This document shows positions 27,932-37,440 of a DNA stretch of 40,060 nucleotides, piece after piece. Positions within the stretch are counted from its first letter, which is position 1, and every line of letters begins with the position of its first letter. The stretch is taken from the IMG/VR virus record IMGVR_UViG_2563366805_000009; one strand, 5' to 3'. The stretch is from a virus (Duplodnaviria; Heunggongvirae; Uroviricota; Caudoviricetes). The translations under genes were made by a program, and so were the position numbers. The notes under the pieces were generated by a model, which was not told the origin of the DNA, made no database searches, and saw only the letters and a list, made by a program, of their open reading frames with translations.

Positions 27932-28533
27932 TGGATAACGCTGTATTAAATAGCGAGATTATTGCCACGAAGGCAGGGAATATTACCGTCTATAACTATG
28001 ATGGTGAAATACGGGAATATATTTCCACTTCAAATGAATATCTTGCCGTTGGTGTTGGTATCCCGGCATATTCCTGTTTAGATTCACCAGGCACATATAA
28101 GGCTGGTTATGCTATCTGCCGTTCTGCAGATTTTAACTCATGGGAATATGTGCCAGACCATCGCGGTGAAATCGTCTATAACACCGAAACGGGAGAAGCC
28201 AAAGAAATCACAACTCCGGGTGATTACCCTGAAAATACAACCACTATCGCCCCGTTAACGCCATACGATAAATGGGATGGTGAGAAATGGGTGACCGATA
28301 CTGAGGCACAGCACGGCGCAGCAGTAGATGCAGCAGAAGCACAGCGCCAGTCGCTGATTGATACTGCAATGGCCTCCATCAGTCTGATTCAACTGAAATT
28401 ACAGGCCGGACGGAAGCTGACGCAGGCAGAAACAACCCGCCTTAACGCCGTGCTGGATTACATTGACGCGGTGACGGCAACAGATACCAGCACCGCGCCG
28501 GATGTCATCTGGCCTGAACTGCCGGAGGCGTAG
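27931..28533 (+). CDS. Tail fibre assembly protein, duplicate copy
   Basis: Identical 200-aa product to 26312..26914. Confidence 0.7.
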   Translation: MDNAVLNSEIIATKAGNITVYNYDGEIREYISTSNEYLAVGVGIPAYSCLDSPGTYKAGYAICRSADFNSWEYVPDHRGEIVYNTETGEAKEITTPGDYPENTTTIAPLTPYDKWDGEKWVTDTEAQHGAAVDAAEAQRQSLIDTAMASISLIQLKLQAGRKLTQAETTRLNAVLDYIDAVTATDTSTAPDVIWPELPEA

Positions 28534-28948
28534 GCCATTCAATATCTGGTGCACCGGAAGTATCGACCAGCTCCAGTGCGTCCAGATAATCCAGCCACAA
28601 ATTATATTGCGCCAGTTCCTCACCTTTCAGACGACCAATAGCCGCTTTACCAACCCATTGTCTACTGTTCATATAATCGTTGGCCTGATTAATCAATTGC
28701 TGCTTTTTAGTTTCGGCTGATGCAATTTGTTCTTCACGTGTTGGTGGAGGAATATCTGCCCATGCAGGCAGTCCATCTTCTCCAACACATCTGTATTTTC
28801 CTTCTGGTGGTGTGTCATAGAAATATTCCCTGAAAATTACTTCGTCTATATCAACACCTTTTTCTTCAGGCCATTCACCTTTTTCAACATAAAGAGACTG
28901 AAGTTCGTAAGGATATGCCAGGTTGTTTACGTACAGATATTTCATCAT
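28505..28948 (-). CDS. Tail fibre assembly protein, duplicate copy
   Basis: Identical 147-aa product to 25897..26340. Confidence 0.7.
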   Translation of the reverse strand: MMKYLYVNNLAYPYELQSLYVEKGEWPEEKGVDIDEVIFREYFYDTPPEGKYRCVGEDGLPAWADIPPPTREEQIASAETKKQQLINQANDYMNSRQWVGKAAIGRLKGEELAQYNLWLDYLDALELVDTSGAPDIEWPTPPAVQAR

Positions 28949-29280
28949 TACCAGCCCTTAGCGAAAAACGCACCACCTTCAAGACCATAATTGCAGTGAG
29001 CTATGAAGCCGGTAGTGCTCCAGTTGGTCGCCCCCCACATATTCCCGCCCCCGAAACCACCATCGCACACAATTACAATGCCAGGTGTCTGTGTAAATGG
29101 AATCGGGAATGAAACATTGGCGGATACAGGCCCGTGTTCACCAGGAAAACTAATTCGTCCCCACTGTTCAATTGAACCATCTGGCATTTTTCGCCAGCCT
29201 GAACCTGATGCATATGATGACATATCAGGTATCTGATTTTCCCCTGTTCCCACATTCCGTTTTGCCGCTTCTCCCAAACC
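28948..29280 (-). CDS. Second copy of the H variable C-terminal segment (promoterless, inverted)
   Basis: Identical to H residues [11 protein letters not shown]…AKGW; in frame to the crossover core at 29281..29282. Confidence 0.55.
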   Translation of the reverse strand, partial: GLGEAAKRNVGTGENQIPDMSSYASGSGWRKMPDGSIEQWGRISFPGEHGPVSANVSFPIPFTQTPGIVIVCDGGFGGGNMWGATNWSTTGFIAHCNYGLEGGAFFAKGW

Positions 29281-29294
29281 AACGTTTAAGAAAA
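29269..29294. other. Invertase crossover site (right, pin-proximal): TTCTCCCAAACC-AA-CGTTTAAGAAAA
   Basis: Inverted relative to the left site; lies about 55 bp upstream of the invertase gene, as gix/cix/pix sites do. Confidence 0.55.
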
Positions 29295-29349
29295 TGCAGA
29301 GGTAACAGCTAACTGGCATCATCTCCGGTTTTTATTCAGGGGGATGATC

Positions 29350-29916
29350 ATGCTTATTGGCTATGTACGCGTGTCAACAAATGACCAGAACACCGATTTG
29401 CAACGTAATGCACTGAACTGCGCGGGATGTGAGCGGATTTTTGAGGACAAAATCAGTGGCACTAAGTCCGACAGACCGGGGCTGAAAAAACTACTCAGGA
29501 CACTATCGGCAGGAGACACGCTGGTTGTCTGGAAGCTGGACAGGTTGGGGCGCAGTATGCGGCATCTTGTTACGCTGATAGAAGAGTTGCGCCAGCGTGG
29601 TGTGAATTTCAGAAGCCTGACTGACAGTATTGATACCAGTACCCCAATGGGCCGTTTCTTTTTTCATGTCATGGGTGCCCTGGCTGAAATGGAACGCGAA
29701 CTGATAGTTGAACGTACCAGGGCAGGGCTGGCTGCAGCTCGTGCCAAAGGCAGAGTAGGTGGACGCCGTCCTAAGTTGACCACCGAACAGTGGGCACAGA
29801 TTGGGCGTTTACTCGAGGCCGGAGAATCAAGACAGCGTATTGCACTGATTTTTGATGTAGGCGTTTCTACCATTTATAGAAAATTTCCGGCAAATAAGAT
29901 CAATGAATCCCCCTGA
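29350..29916 (+). CDS. pin: Serine-recombinase DNA invertase (Hin/Gin/Cin/Pin family)
   Basis: N-terminus MLIGYVRVSTNDQNTDLQRNAL with catalytic Ser; …VVWKLDRLGRSM… and C-terminal HTH; near-identical to the recalled e14 Pin / P1 Cin N-terminus. Start at second ATG (AGGGGG RBS). Confidence 0.9.
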   Translation: MLIGYVRVSTNDQNTDLQRNALNCAGCERIFEDKISGTKSDRPGLKKLLRTLSAGDTLVVWKLDRLGRSMRHLVTLIEELRQRGVNFRSLTDSIDTSTPMGRFFFHVMGALAEMERELIVERTRAGLAAARAKGRVGGRRPKLTTEQWAQIGRLLEAGESRQRIALIFDVGVSTIYRKFPANKINESP

Positions 29917-29963
29917 ATCAGCATTATGTTGATTATCCCTGCAAGCAGACAAATACCGTTATT

Positions 29964-29981
29964 TTGTGTGAATAACGACAC
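29964..29981. promoter_or_regulatory. Ogr/Delta activator site TGT-N12-ACA of late promoter upstream of FI
   Basis: TGTGTGAATAACGACACA, imperfect palindrome about 80 bp upstream of FI start. Confidence 0.45.
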
Positions 29982-30058
29982 AACTGCGTTTAGCTGTTTG
30001 TCAGGCACAATCACTTCAACATAGGGCGAAGCCTAATCCAATCAGGAGGTTCGCCACT

Positions 30059-31231
30059 ATGGCTCAGGATTACCACCACGGGGTGCGCGTTGTTGAAGTC
30101 AACGAAGGCACCCGATCTATTACCACGGTGAGCACCGCCATCGTGGGTATGGTCTGCACGGGCGATGATGCCGATGCAAAAATGTTTCCTCTTAATAAAC
30201 CCGTGCTGATCACTGATGTGCTGACTGCCAGCGGTAAAGCGGGTGAGTCCGGTACTCTGGCCCGTTCGCTGGATGCCATCGCTGACCAGGCAAAACCCGT
30301 GACCATTGTTGTGCGTGTGCCGCAGGGTGAAACGGAAGACGAAACCACGACCAATATCATCGGCGCAGTGACTGCTGAAGGTAAAAAAACAGGTATGAAA
30401 GCCCTGTTATCTGCCCAGTCACAGCTCGGCGTTAAACCGCGCATTCTCGGCGTGCCAGGCCACGACACCAAGGCGGTGGCTACTGAGTTGCTGAGCGTGG
30501 CGCAAAGCCTGCGTGGATTTGCTTACCTGTCAGCGTATGGCTGCAAGACAGTGCAGGAGGCGATCACTTACCGCGAAAACTTCAGCCAGCGCGAAGGGAT
30601 GCTGATCTGGCCTGACTTTACTGGCTGGGACACGGTGCTGAATGCCGAAGCAACGGCATATGCCACCGCTCGTGCGCTTGGTCTGCGCGCCAAAATTGAC
30701 GAGCAGACCGGATGGCACAAAAGCCTGTCCAACGTGGGCGTGAACGGTGTCACCGGAATTTCTGCAGATGTGTTCTGGGATCTGCAGGACCCGGCAACCG
30801 ATGCAGGTCTGCTGAACCAGAAAGACGTCACCACGCTTGTGCGTAAAGACGGTTTCCGCTTCTGGGGTTCCCGCTGCCTGAGTGATGACCCGCTCTTTGC
30901 CTTCGAAAACTACACCCGCACGGCGCAGGTGCTGATGGACACGATGGCAGAAGCACACATGTGGGCGGTGGATAAACCGCTTAACCCGTCGCTGGCCCGC
31001 GACATTATCGAAGGTATCCGCGCCAAAATGCGCAGCCTGGTCAGTCAGGGCTATCTCATTGGTGGTGATTGCTGGCTGGATGAGTCGGTGAACGACAAAG
31101 ACACGCTGAAAGCCGGAAAACTCACCATCGACTACGACTACACGCCAGTGCCGCCACTTGAAAACCTGATGCTGCGTCAGCGCATCACCGATCAGTACCT
31201 GGTGAATTTCGCCAGCCAGGTCAGCGCGTAA
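30059..31231 (+). CDS. FI: Contractile tail sheath protein (P2 gpFI family)
   Basis: 390 aa, N-terminus [14 protein letters not shown]…, size as P2 FI. Confidence 0.9.
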   Translation: MAQDYHHGVRVVEVNEGTRSITTVSTAIVGMVCTGDDADAKMFPLNKPVLITDVLTASGKAGESGTLARSLDAIADQAKPVTIVVRVPQGETEDETTTNIIGAVTAEGKKTGMKALLSAQSQLGVKPRILGVPGHDTKAVATELLSVAQSLRGFAYLSAYGCKTVQEAITYRENFSQREGMLIWPDFTGWDTVLNAEATAYATARALGLRAKIDEQTGWHKSLSNVGVNGVTGISADVFWDLQDPATDAGLLNQKDVTTLVRKDGFRFWGSRCLSDDPLFAFENYTRTAQVLMDTMAEAHMWAVDKPLNPSLARDIIEGIRAKMRSLVSQGYLIGGDCWLDESVNDKDTLKAGKLTIDYDYTPVPPLENLMLRQRITDQYLVNFASQVSA

Positions 31232-31240
31232 GGGGACAAC

Positions 31241-31756
31241 ATGGCTTTACCACGCAAATTAAAACACCTGAACCTGTTTAACGACGGGAACAACTGGCAG
31301 GGGATCGTTGAGTCGCTGACGCTGCCGAAATTTACCCGCAAATATGAGAAGTATCGCGGCGGCGGAATGCCGGGTGCGGTGGATGTGGATCTGGGGCTTG
31401 ATGACAGTGCGCTGGACACAGAATTTTCCATTGGTGGTACTGAATTGCTGCTGTTTAAACAGATGGGTAAAGCCACGGTGGATGGCATCCAGCTGCGCTT
31501 TACCGGCTCTATTCAGCGTGACGATACCGGGGAAGTGCAGGCCGTGGAGCTTGTCGTGCGTGGACGTCACAAAGAAGTGGATTCCGGCGAGTGGAAGACG
31601 GGCGAAAGCAACACCACCAAAGTGACCAGTACCAACAGCTACGCGAAGCTGACCATCAATGGTGAGGTGCTCTATGAAGTGGACCTTATCAACATGGTGG
31701 AAATTGTGGACGGTGTGGACCTGATGGAAGCGCACCGCAACGCCCTCGGCCTCTGA
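31241..31756 (+). CDS. FII: Tail tube protein (P2 gpFII family)
   Basis: 171 aa, follows sheath. Confidence 0.9.
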   Translation: MALPRKLKHLNLFNDGNNWQGIVESLTLPKFTRKYEKYRGGGMPGAVDVDLGLDDSALDTEFSIGGTELLLFKQMGKATVDGIQLRFTGSIQRDDTGEVQAVELVVRGRHKEVDSGEWKTGESNTTKVTSTNSYAKLTINGEVLYEVDLINMVEIVDGVDLMEAHRNALGL

Positions 31757-31810
31757 TATATCTGAACGGCGCGGGATACCGCGCCAGAACCCAATTGACA
31801 GGACAGCAAA

Positions 31811-32113
31811 ATGAGCGATAAGCAGACTGAAAAGACCATTCAACTGGATACCCCCATCAAGCGCGGTAAAACAGAAATCACCGAAATTGTGCTGCGTAAA
31901 CCGCAGTCCGGTGCGCTGCGCGGTACACGCCTGCAGGCCATTATGGATATGGATGTAAACGCGATGATGACCGTGATCCCCCGCATCTCCAGTCCGGCAC
32001 TGACTGCACAGGAAATTGCAGAGATGGACCCGGCAGATCTCACTGCCATGTCGGTTGAGGTTGTCACTTTTTTGTTGAAGAAGTCGGTGCTTGCCGGTTT
32101 ACCGACAGCCTGA
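31811..32113 (+). CDS. E: Tail assembly chaperone E (gpE)
   Basis: 100 aa; contains slippery TTTTTTG at 32068..32074 near its 3' end. Confidence 0.8.
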   Translation: MSDKQTEKTIQLDTPIKRGKTEITEIVLRKPQSGALRGTRLQAIMDMDVNAMMTVIPRISSPALTAQEIAEMDPADLTAMSVEVVTFLLKKSVLAGLPTA

Positions 32114-32247
32114 CGGTTGACGATCTGGTGGCAGATATCGCCACCATTTTTCACTGGCCGCCATCCGTTACTGACGTTATGCCGCTGACCGAAGTGCTGG
32201 AATGGCGGTATAAAGCGATTCAGAGAAGCGGGGCCAACGATGAGTGA
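31811..32247 (+). CDS. Predicted E+E' product made by programmed -1 frameshift at TTTTTTG (32068..32074)
   Basis: Translating the -1 frame by hand from 32074 gives 57 open codons ending at TGA 32245..32247, overlapping the T start at 32240; P2 gpE/E' uses this mechanism. Confidence 0.5.
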
Positions 32248-35200
32248 TAACAACCTGCGTCTGCAGGTCATTCTTAATGCGGTTGACAAGCTTACCCGCC
32301 CATTTCGATCTGCGCAGGCCAGTTCAAGAGAACTGGCTGCTGCTGTCAAAAAATCCCGCGATGCAATAAAGCAGCTTGATCAGGCCGGGAGCAGTCTGGA
32401 CAGCTTCCGAAAGCTGCAGGCAGAAAATCAGAAATTAGGCGACAGGCTGAACTATGCCCGCCAGCGTGCAAATTTGCTCAGTCAGGAACTGGGAGCGATG
32501 GGGCCGCCTTCGCAACGTCAGGTTGTTGCTCTGGGCCGTCAACGGCTGGCTGTTCAGCGCCTGGAAGAACGCCAGAAAAAGCTGCAGCAGCAGACGGCGC
32601 TTGTGCGTGCTGAACTGTACCGGGCGGGAATTTCTGCGAAAGACGATGCGGGAGCAACTGCCCGTTTAGCCCGTGAAACATCACGTTATAACCAGGAACT
32701 TTCGAAACAGGAGGCGCGGCTGAAGCGACTGGGGGAAGCTCAGCGCAGGATGAATGCAGCGCGTGCCAGTTATGCCCGTTCGCTGGAGGTGCGTGATCGT
32801 ATTGCAGGTGCCGGAGCCACCACCACGGCTGCAGGGCTGGCAATGGGCGCACCAGTGATGGCGGCAGTAAAAAGCTATACCAGCATGGAAGATGCCATGA
32901 AAGGTGTGGCAAAGCAGGTCAATGGTCTGCGTGACGATAATGGCAACCGCACTGCACGTTTTTATGAAATGCAGGATGCCATCAAGGCTGCCAGCGAACA
33001 GTTGCCGATGGAAAACGGTGCGGTGGATTTCGCTGCACTGGTTGAAGGTGGTGCGCGCATGAACGTCGCAAACCCTGACGACAGTTGGGAAGATCAGAAA
33101 CGTGACCTGCTGGCCTTCGCCAGTACGGCAGCAAAGGCGGCAACAGCCTTTGAGCTGCCAGCGGATGAACTGTCAGAAAGTCTGGGGAAAATCGCCCAGC
33201 TCTACAAAATCCCCACCCGCAATATTGAACAGCTCGGCGATGCGCTGAACTATCTGGATGATAACGCCATGTCGAAAGGGGCAGACATCATTGATGTGAT
33301 GCAACGTCTGGGCGGTGTGGCTGACCGTCTGGATTATCGTAAAGCGGCGGCGCTGGGTTCCACCTTCCTGACACTGGGCGCTGCGCCAGAGGTTGCAGCC
33401 AGTGCAGCAAACGCGATGGTGCGTGAATTGTCCATTGCCACCATGCAAAGCAAGAGTTTCTTTGAAGGGATGAATCTGCTGAAACTCAATCCTGAAGTGA
33501 TTGAAAAGCAGATGACGAAGGATGCGATGGGAACCATCCAGCGCGTGCTGGAGAAGGTAAACGCGCTGCCGCAGGACAAGCGCCTGTCTGCCATGACTAT
33601 GTTGTTTGGTAAAGAGTTTGGCGATGACGCGGCGAAACTGGCAAACAACCTGCCGGAACTGCAGCGTCAGTTAAAACTGACAGCGGGCAATGATGCGCTC
33701 GGCTCCATGCAGAAAGAATCCGACATTAACAAGGATTCACTTTCTGCGCAGTGGTTGCAGGTCAAAACCGGAGCGCAGAACACCTTCAGCAGTCTGGGCG
33801 AAACGCTGCGCCAGCCGCTGATGGATATTCTGTACACGGTGAAAAGCGTCACGGGGGCGTTGCGTCGCTGGGTGGAAGCTAACCCGGAACTGACAGGCAC
33901 ACTGATGAAAGCATCGGCTGTTGTGGCTGCGGTTACCGTCGGCCTAGGCACCTTAGCGGTGGCGATGGCTGCAGTGCTGGGGCCGCTGGCAGTGATCCGT
34001 CTGGGATTCTCTGTGCTGGGTATCAAAACGTTACCTTCCGTTACGGCAGCAGTAACTCGAACCAGCAACGCGTTGTCCTGGTTGGCTGGCGCTCCACTGG
34101 CACTGCTGCGACGCGGGCTTGCTTCATCGGGCAACGCCGCAGGTTTACTTACTGCGCCGTTGTCGTCTTTGCGCCGCACGGCATCACTGACGGGAAATGT
34201 CCTGAAAACTGTAGCAGGTGCGCCAGTTGCACTTTTGCGGTCTGGATTATCCGGTTTACGTGCTGTTGCTGTGATGTTTATGAATCCTCTGGCGGTACTG
34301 CGCGGTGGACTGGCCGCCGCAGGCACGGTGCTGCGAGTACTGGCATCTGGTCCACTGGCGATGCTGCGCGTTGCCCTGTATGCCATATCTGGTCTGTTAG
34401 GTGCTCTGCTCAGTCCGATAGGTCTTGTGGTTACTGCACTGGCGGGCGTGGCGCTGGTTGTCTGGAAATACTGGCAACCCATCACCGCATTTCTCGGTGG
34501 CGTGGTGGAAGGATTCAAAGCGGCGGCAGGTCCCATCAGTGCAGCGTTCGAACCGCTTAAGCCCGTGTTCCAGTGGATTGGCGACAAAGTGCAGGCGCTG
34601 TGGGGCTGGTTTACTGATCTGCTGACGCCCGTTAAGTCGACCTCTGCCGAACTGCAGAGCGCAGCGGCAATGGGGCGGCGATTCGGGGAGGCACTGGCGG
34701 AAGGGCTGAATATGGTCATGCATCCGCTGGACTCCCTGAAATCCGGCGTTTCCTGGTTGCTGGAGAAGCTCGGCATTGTCAGTAAAGAGGCCGCAAAGGC
34801 AAAACTGCCGGAAAGCGTGACGCGTCAGCAACCTGCGACGGTGAATGCAGACGGTAAAGTGATGATGCCATCGGGTGGTTTTCCATCATGGGGATATGGC
34901 TTTGCGGGGATGTATGACAGCGGCGGGTATATCCCGCGCAGGCAGTTTGGCATCGTCGGTGAAAACGGACCGGAAATTGTTAACGGCCCGGCAAATGTGA
35001 CCAGCCGGAGAAATACAGCTGCACTGGCTGCCGTTGTTGCCGGAATGATGGGCGTTGCTGCCGCGCCAGCAGAGCTTCCACCGTTGCACCCCTTGGCACT
35101 TCCCGCGAAAGGTGGAGAAGCAATTGTGAGTCGCGCAGCCACTGTGCCGCTCGTTCAACGGATTGAGGCACCGACGCAGATCATCATTCAGACGCAGCCA

Positions 35201-35317
35201 GGACAAAGTGCGCAGGATATTGCGCGGGAGGTGGCACGCCAGCTTGATGAACGTGAACGCAGGCTGAAGGCAAAAGCCAGGAGTAACTACAGCGATCAGG
35301 GGGGATACGACGCATGA
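32240..35317 (+). CDS. T: Tail tape measure protein (gpT family)
   Basis: 1025 aa, coiled-coil N-terminal part, Ala/Gly/Leu-rich repeats (…LRRGLA…LRSGL…), position between E and U. Confidence 0.85.
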   Translation: MSDNNLRLQVILNAVDKLTRPFRSAQASSRELAAAVKKSRDAIKQLDQAGSSLDSFRKLQAENQKLGDRLNYARQRANLLSQELGAMGPPSQRQVVALGRQRLAVQRLEERQKKLQQQTALVRAELYRAGISAKDDAGATARLARETSRYNQELSKQEARLKRLGEAQRRMNAARASYARSLEVRDRIAGAGATTTAAGLAMGAPVMAAVKSYTSMEDAMKGVAKQVNGLRDDNGNRTARFYEMQDAIKAASEQLPMENGAVDFAALVEGGARMNVANPDDSWEDQKRDLLAFASTAAKAATAFELPADELSESLGKIAQLYKIPTRNIEQLGDALNYLDDNAMSKGADIIDVMQRLGGVADRLDYRKAAALGSTFLTLGAAPEVAASAANAMVRELSIATMQSKSFFEGMNLLKLNPEVIEKQMTKDAMGTIQRVLEKVNALPQDKRLSAMTMLFGKEFGDDAAKLANNLPELQRQLKLTAGNDALGSMQKESDINKDSLSAQWLQVKTGAQNTFSSLGETLRQPLMDILYTVKSVTGALRRWVEANPELTGTLMKASAVVAAVTVGLGTLAVAMAAVLGPLAVIRLGFSVLGIKTLPSVTAAVTRTSNALSWLAGAPLALLRRGLASSGNAAGLLTAPLSSLRRTASLTGNVLKTVAGAPVALLRSGLSGLRAVAVMFMNPLAVLRGGLAAAGTVLRVLASGPLAMLRVALYAISGLLGALLSPIGLVVTALAGVALVVWKYWQPITAFLGGVVEGFKAAAGPISAAFEPLKPVFQWIGDKVQALWGWFTDLLTPVKSTSAELQSAAAMGRRFGEALAEGLNMVMHPLDSLKSGVSWLLEKLGIVSKEAAKAKLPESVTRQQPATVNADGKVMMPSGGFPSWGYGFAGMYDSGGYIPRRQFGIVGENGPEIVNGPANVTSRRNTAALAAVVAGMMGVAAAPAELPPLHPLALPAKGGEAIVSRAATVPLVQRIEAPTQIIIQTQPGQSAQDIAREVARQLDERERRLKAKARSNYSDQGGYDA

Positions 35318-35799
35318 TGATGGTGCTGGGATTGTACGTGTTTATGCTGCGCACCGTTCCGTATCAGGAACTGCAGTATCAACGCAGCTGGCGACATGCG
35401 GCAAACAGTCGGGTAAACCGACGTCCGTCCACGCAGTTTCTGGGACCGGAAAACGACATGCTGACGCTTTCCGGTGTTCTTATGCCGGAAATAACAGGCG
35501 GCAGGCTGTCGTTGCTGGCACTGGAGCAGATGGCAGAACAGGGGAAAGCATGGCCCCTGATTGAAGGCAGCGGCACGATTTACGGCATGTATGTGATTGA
35601 GGGACTGAATCAGACTAAAACGGAGTTTTTCCGCGACGGTATGCCGCGCCGGATTGAGTTCACCCTGTCGCTCAAACGAGTGGATGAATCCCTGTCCGAT
35701 ATGTTCGGTGATCTCAGTGCGCAACTGAATAATCTGCAGGACACGGCAACGTCTGCCTTAAGCGATATCAGTAAAACGGTGGGAGGGCTGCTGTCGTGA
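35314..35799 (+). CDS. U: Tail protein U
   Basis: 161 aa, position. Confidence 0.8.
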   Translation: MMMVLGLYVFMLRTVPYQELQYQRSWRHAANSRVNRRPSTQFLGPENDMLTLSGVLMPEITGGRLSLLALEQMAEQGKAWPLIEGSGTIYGMYVIEGLNQTKTEFFRDGMPRRIEFTLSLKRVDESLSDMFGDLSAQLNNLQDTATSALSDISKTVGGLLS

Positions 35800-36896
35800 A
35801 TTTCAGCTCTGAACTGCTTAACAAAGGCAACAAAACTCCCGCATTCAGCATCAGTATTGAGGGCAGGGATATCACCACTGTGCTGGATAACCGCCTGATG
35901 AGTTTGACGCTGACGGATAACCGGGGCTTTGAAGCGGACCAGCTTGATCTGGAGCTGGATGACGCTGACGGAAAAATCGTGCTGCCGCGCCGTGGTGCGG
36001 TTATTACGCTGGCGCTGGGCTGGAAGGGGCAGCCGCTTTTCCCGAAAGGGGCATTCACAGTGGACGAGATTGAACACACTGGCGCACCGGACCGCCTGAC
36101 TATCCGGGCGCGAAGTGCTGATTTTAGGGAAACGCTGAATACCCGCCGTGAAAAATCGTGGCACAAGACCACTGTCGGGGAAGTGGTGAAGGAAATAGCC
36201 GCGCGTCATAAGCTGAAGATGGCACTGGGTAAAGACCTGTCGGATAAGCCCGTGGAGCATATAGACCAGACTAATGAGAGTGACGGCAGTTTTCTGATGC
36301 GGCTGGCGCGCCAGTACGGTGCCATCGCGTCGGTGAAAAATGGCAATCTGTTATTCATCCGGCAGGGACAGGGCAAAAGCGCCAGCGGTAAACCACTGCC
36401 GGTGATCTCAATCACACGTAAGGACGGCGACAGTCACCGCTTTACCCTGGCAGATCGCGGAGCCTACACGGGCGTAATTGCCAGCTGGTTGCATACCCGC
36501 GAACCCGCGAAGAAAGAAAGCACCACGGTGAAGCGTAAGCGCAGGACTAAGAAGCAGAAGAAAGAGCCGGAAGCGAAGCAGGGCGATTACCTGGTGGGTA
36601 CAGATGAAAACGTGCTGGTACTTAATCGCACCTATGCCAACCGGAGCAACGCCGAACGGGCGGCGAAAATGCAGTGGGAACGCCTGCAACGCGGCGTTGC
36701 GTCATTCTCGCTACAACTGGCAGAAGGTCGGGCAGATCTCTACACGGAAATGCCAGTGAAAGTCAGTGGCTTTAAACAGCCGATAGATGATGCGGAATGG
36801 ACCATTACGACTCTGACGCATACTGTCAGCCCGGATAACGGTTTTACGACCAGTTTGGAGCTTGAAGTGAAGATTGATGATTTCGAAATGGAATGA
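35796..36896 (+). CDS. D: Tail protein D (late-control gene D family)
   Basis: 366 aa, position before ogr. Confidence 0.85.
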   Translation: MNFSSELLNKGNKTPAFSISIEGRDITTVLDNRLMSLTLTDNRGFEADQLDLELDDADGKIVLPRRGAVITLALGWKGQPLFPKGAFTVDEIEHTGAPDRLTIRARSADFRETLNTRREKSWHKTTVGEVVKEIAARHKLKMALGKDLSDKPVEHIDQTNESDGSFLMRLARQYGAIASVKNGNLLFIRQGQGKSASGKPLPVISITRKDGDSHRFTLADRGAYTGVIASWLHTREPAKKESTTVKRKRRTKKQKKEPEAKQGDYLVGTDENVLVLNRTYANRSNAERAAKMQWERLQRGVASFSLQLAEGRADLYTEMPVKVSGFKQPIDDAEWTITTLTHTVSPDNGFTTSLELEVKIDDFEME

Positions 36897-36986
36897 TTCT
36901 TCGCAATGGAGAACTTTTAAGTTTTCAAAATGGAATAATGCGGTATCATTATTGTGAATTTAGCAAAAATGGGGAGAGCTCGAAAA

Positions 36987-37205
36987 ATGATGATTTGCCC
37001 ACTGTGTGGAAGTGCCGCCCATACTCGCAGCAGTTTTCAGGTATCTTCATTGACCAAAGAGCGTTACAACCAGTGCCAGAACATTAACTGCAGCCATACT
37101 TTTGTTACCCATGAAACTTTTGTTCGTTCGATTGCAACGCCAAAAGAGTCAAATCCGGTTCAGCCGCATCCAATGAAATCAGGACAGGTGGCGCTCTCTC
37201 TTTGA
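36987..37205 (+). CDS. ogr: Ogr/Delta-family zinc-finger late transcription activator
   Basis: CPLCGSAAH…C-x4-C (…CQNINCSHTF…) as in P2 Ogr; start at ATG 36987 (GGGAGAG RBS), 72 aa. Confidence 0.8.
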   Translation: MMICPLCGSAAHTRSSFQVSSLTKERYNQCQNINCSHTFVTHETFVRSIATPKESNPVQPHPMKSGQVALSL

Positions 37206-37284
37206 CGCTGCCGCCATTTTGTCGCCATCGTTAAAAAACAGTGTTTCTAACATCATGATTTTAAACAGCTTAAATTTCAGGCAA

Positions 37285-37328
37285 CAAAAAACCCATCAAC
37301 CTTGAACCGAAATGGCGGGGTTGATGGG
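37285..37328 (-). terminator. Rho-independent terminator (minus strand), probably for ybjL
   Basis: 10-bp stem CCCATCAACC/GGTTGATGGG with 17-nt loop, followed on the minus strand by TTTTTTGTTG. Confidence 0.5.
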
Positions 37329-37440
37329 CTCCACAAAATGGGGACATCAAAGAAAAGCAGTGGCACTAATTAAGACTGATGCCCTGCGGAAAAGTTCTGC
37401 GGTTGTGCAAAAAAATTTCATTTTCAGGGCAACTTCAGTT

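Larger units (their letters stand above)
25530..29303. repeat. Tandem duplication (2 x 1887 bp) of the invertible tail-fibre cassette; the two copies carry the internal segment in opposite orientation, so 25563..29282 is mirror-symmetric about 27422/27423 except for a ~56-bp centre
   Basis: Every ORF in 25565..27393 has an identical reverse-strand twin in 27452..29280 (coordinates sum to 54845); centre joins 22 bp of right flank (…AAAATGCAGAGGT) to 33 bp of left flank (GTGGAAAGGATGTTGCTAGTCTTCTCGCATACC…). Confidence 0.8.

Noticed and set aside
33667-34776. 369-aa minus-strand ORF within the tape-measure gene
   Set aside because: Antisense to gene T; Ala/Ser/Pro/Arg-rich product with no start context; T is strongly supported by position and size.
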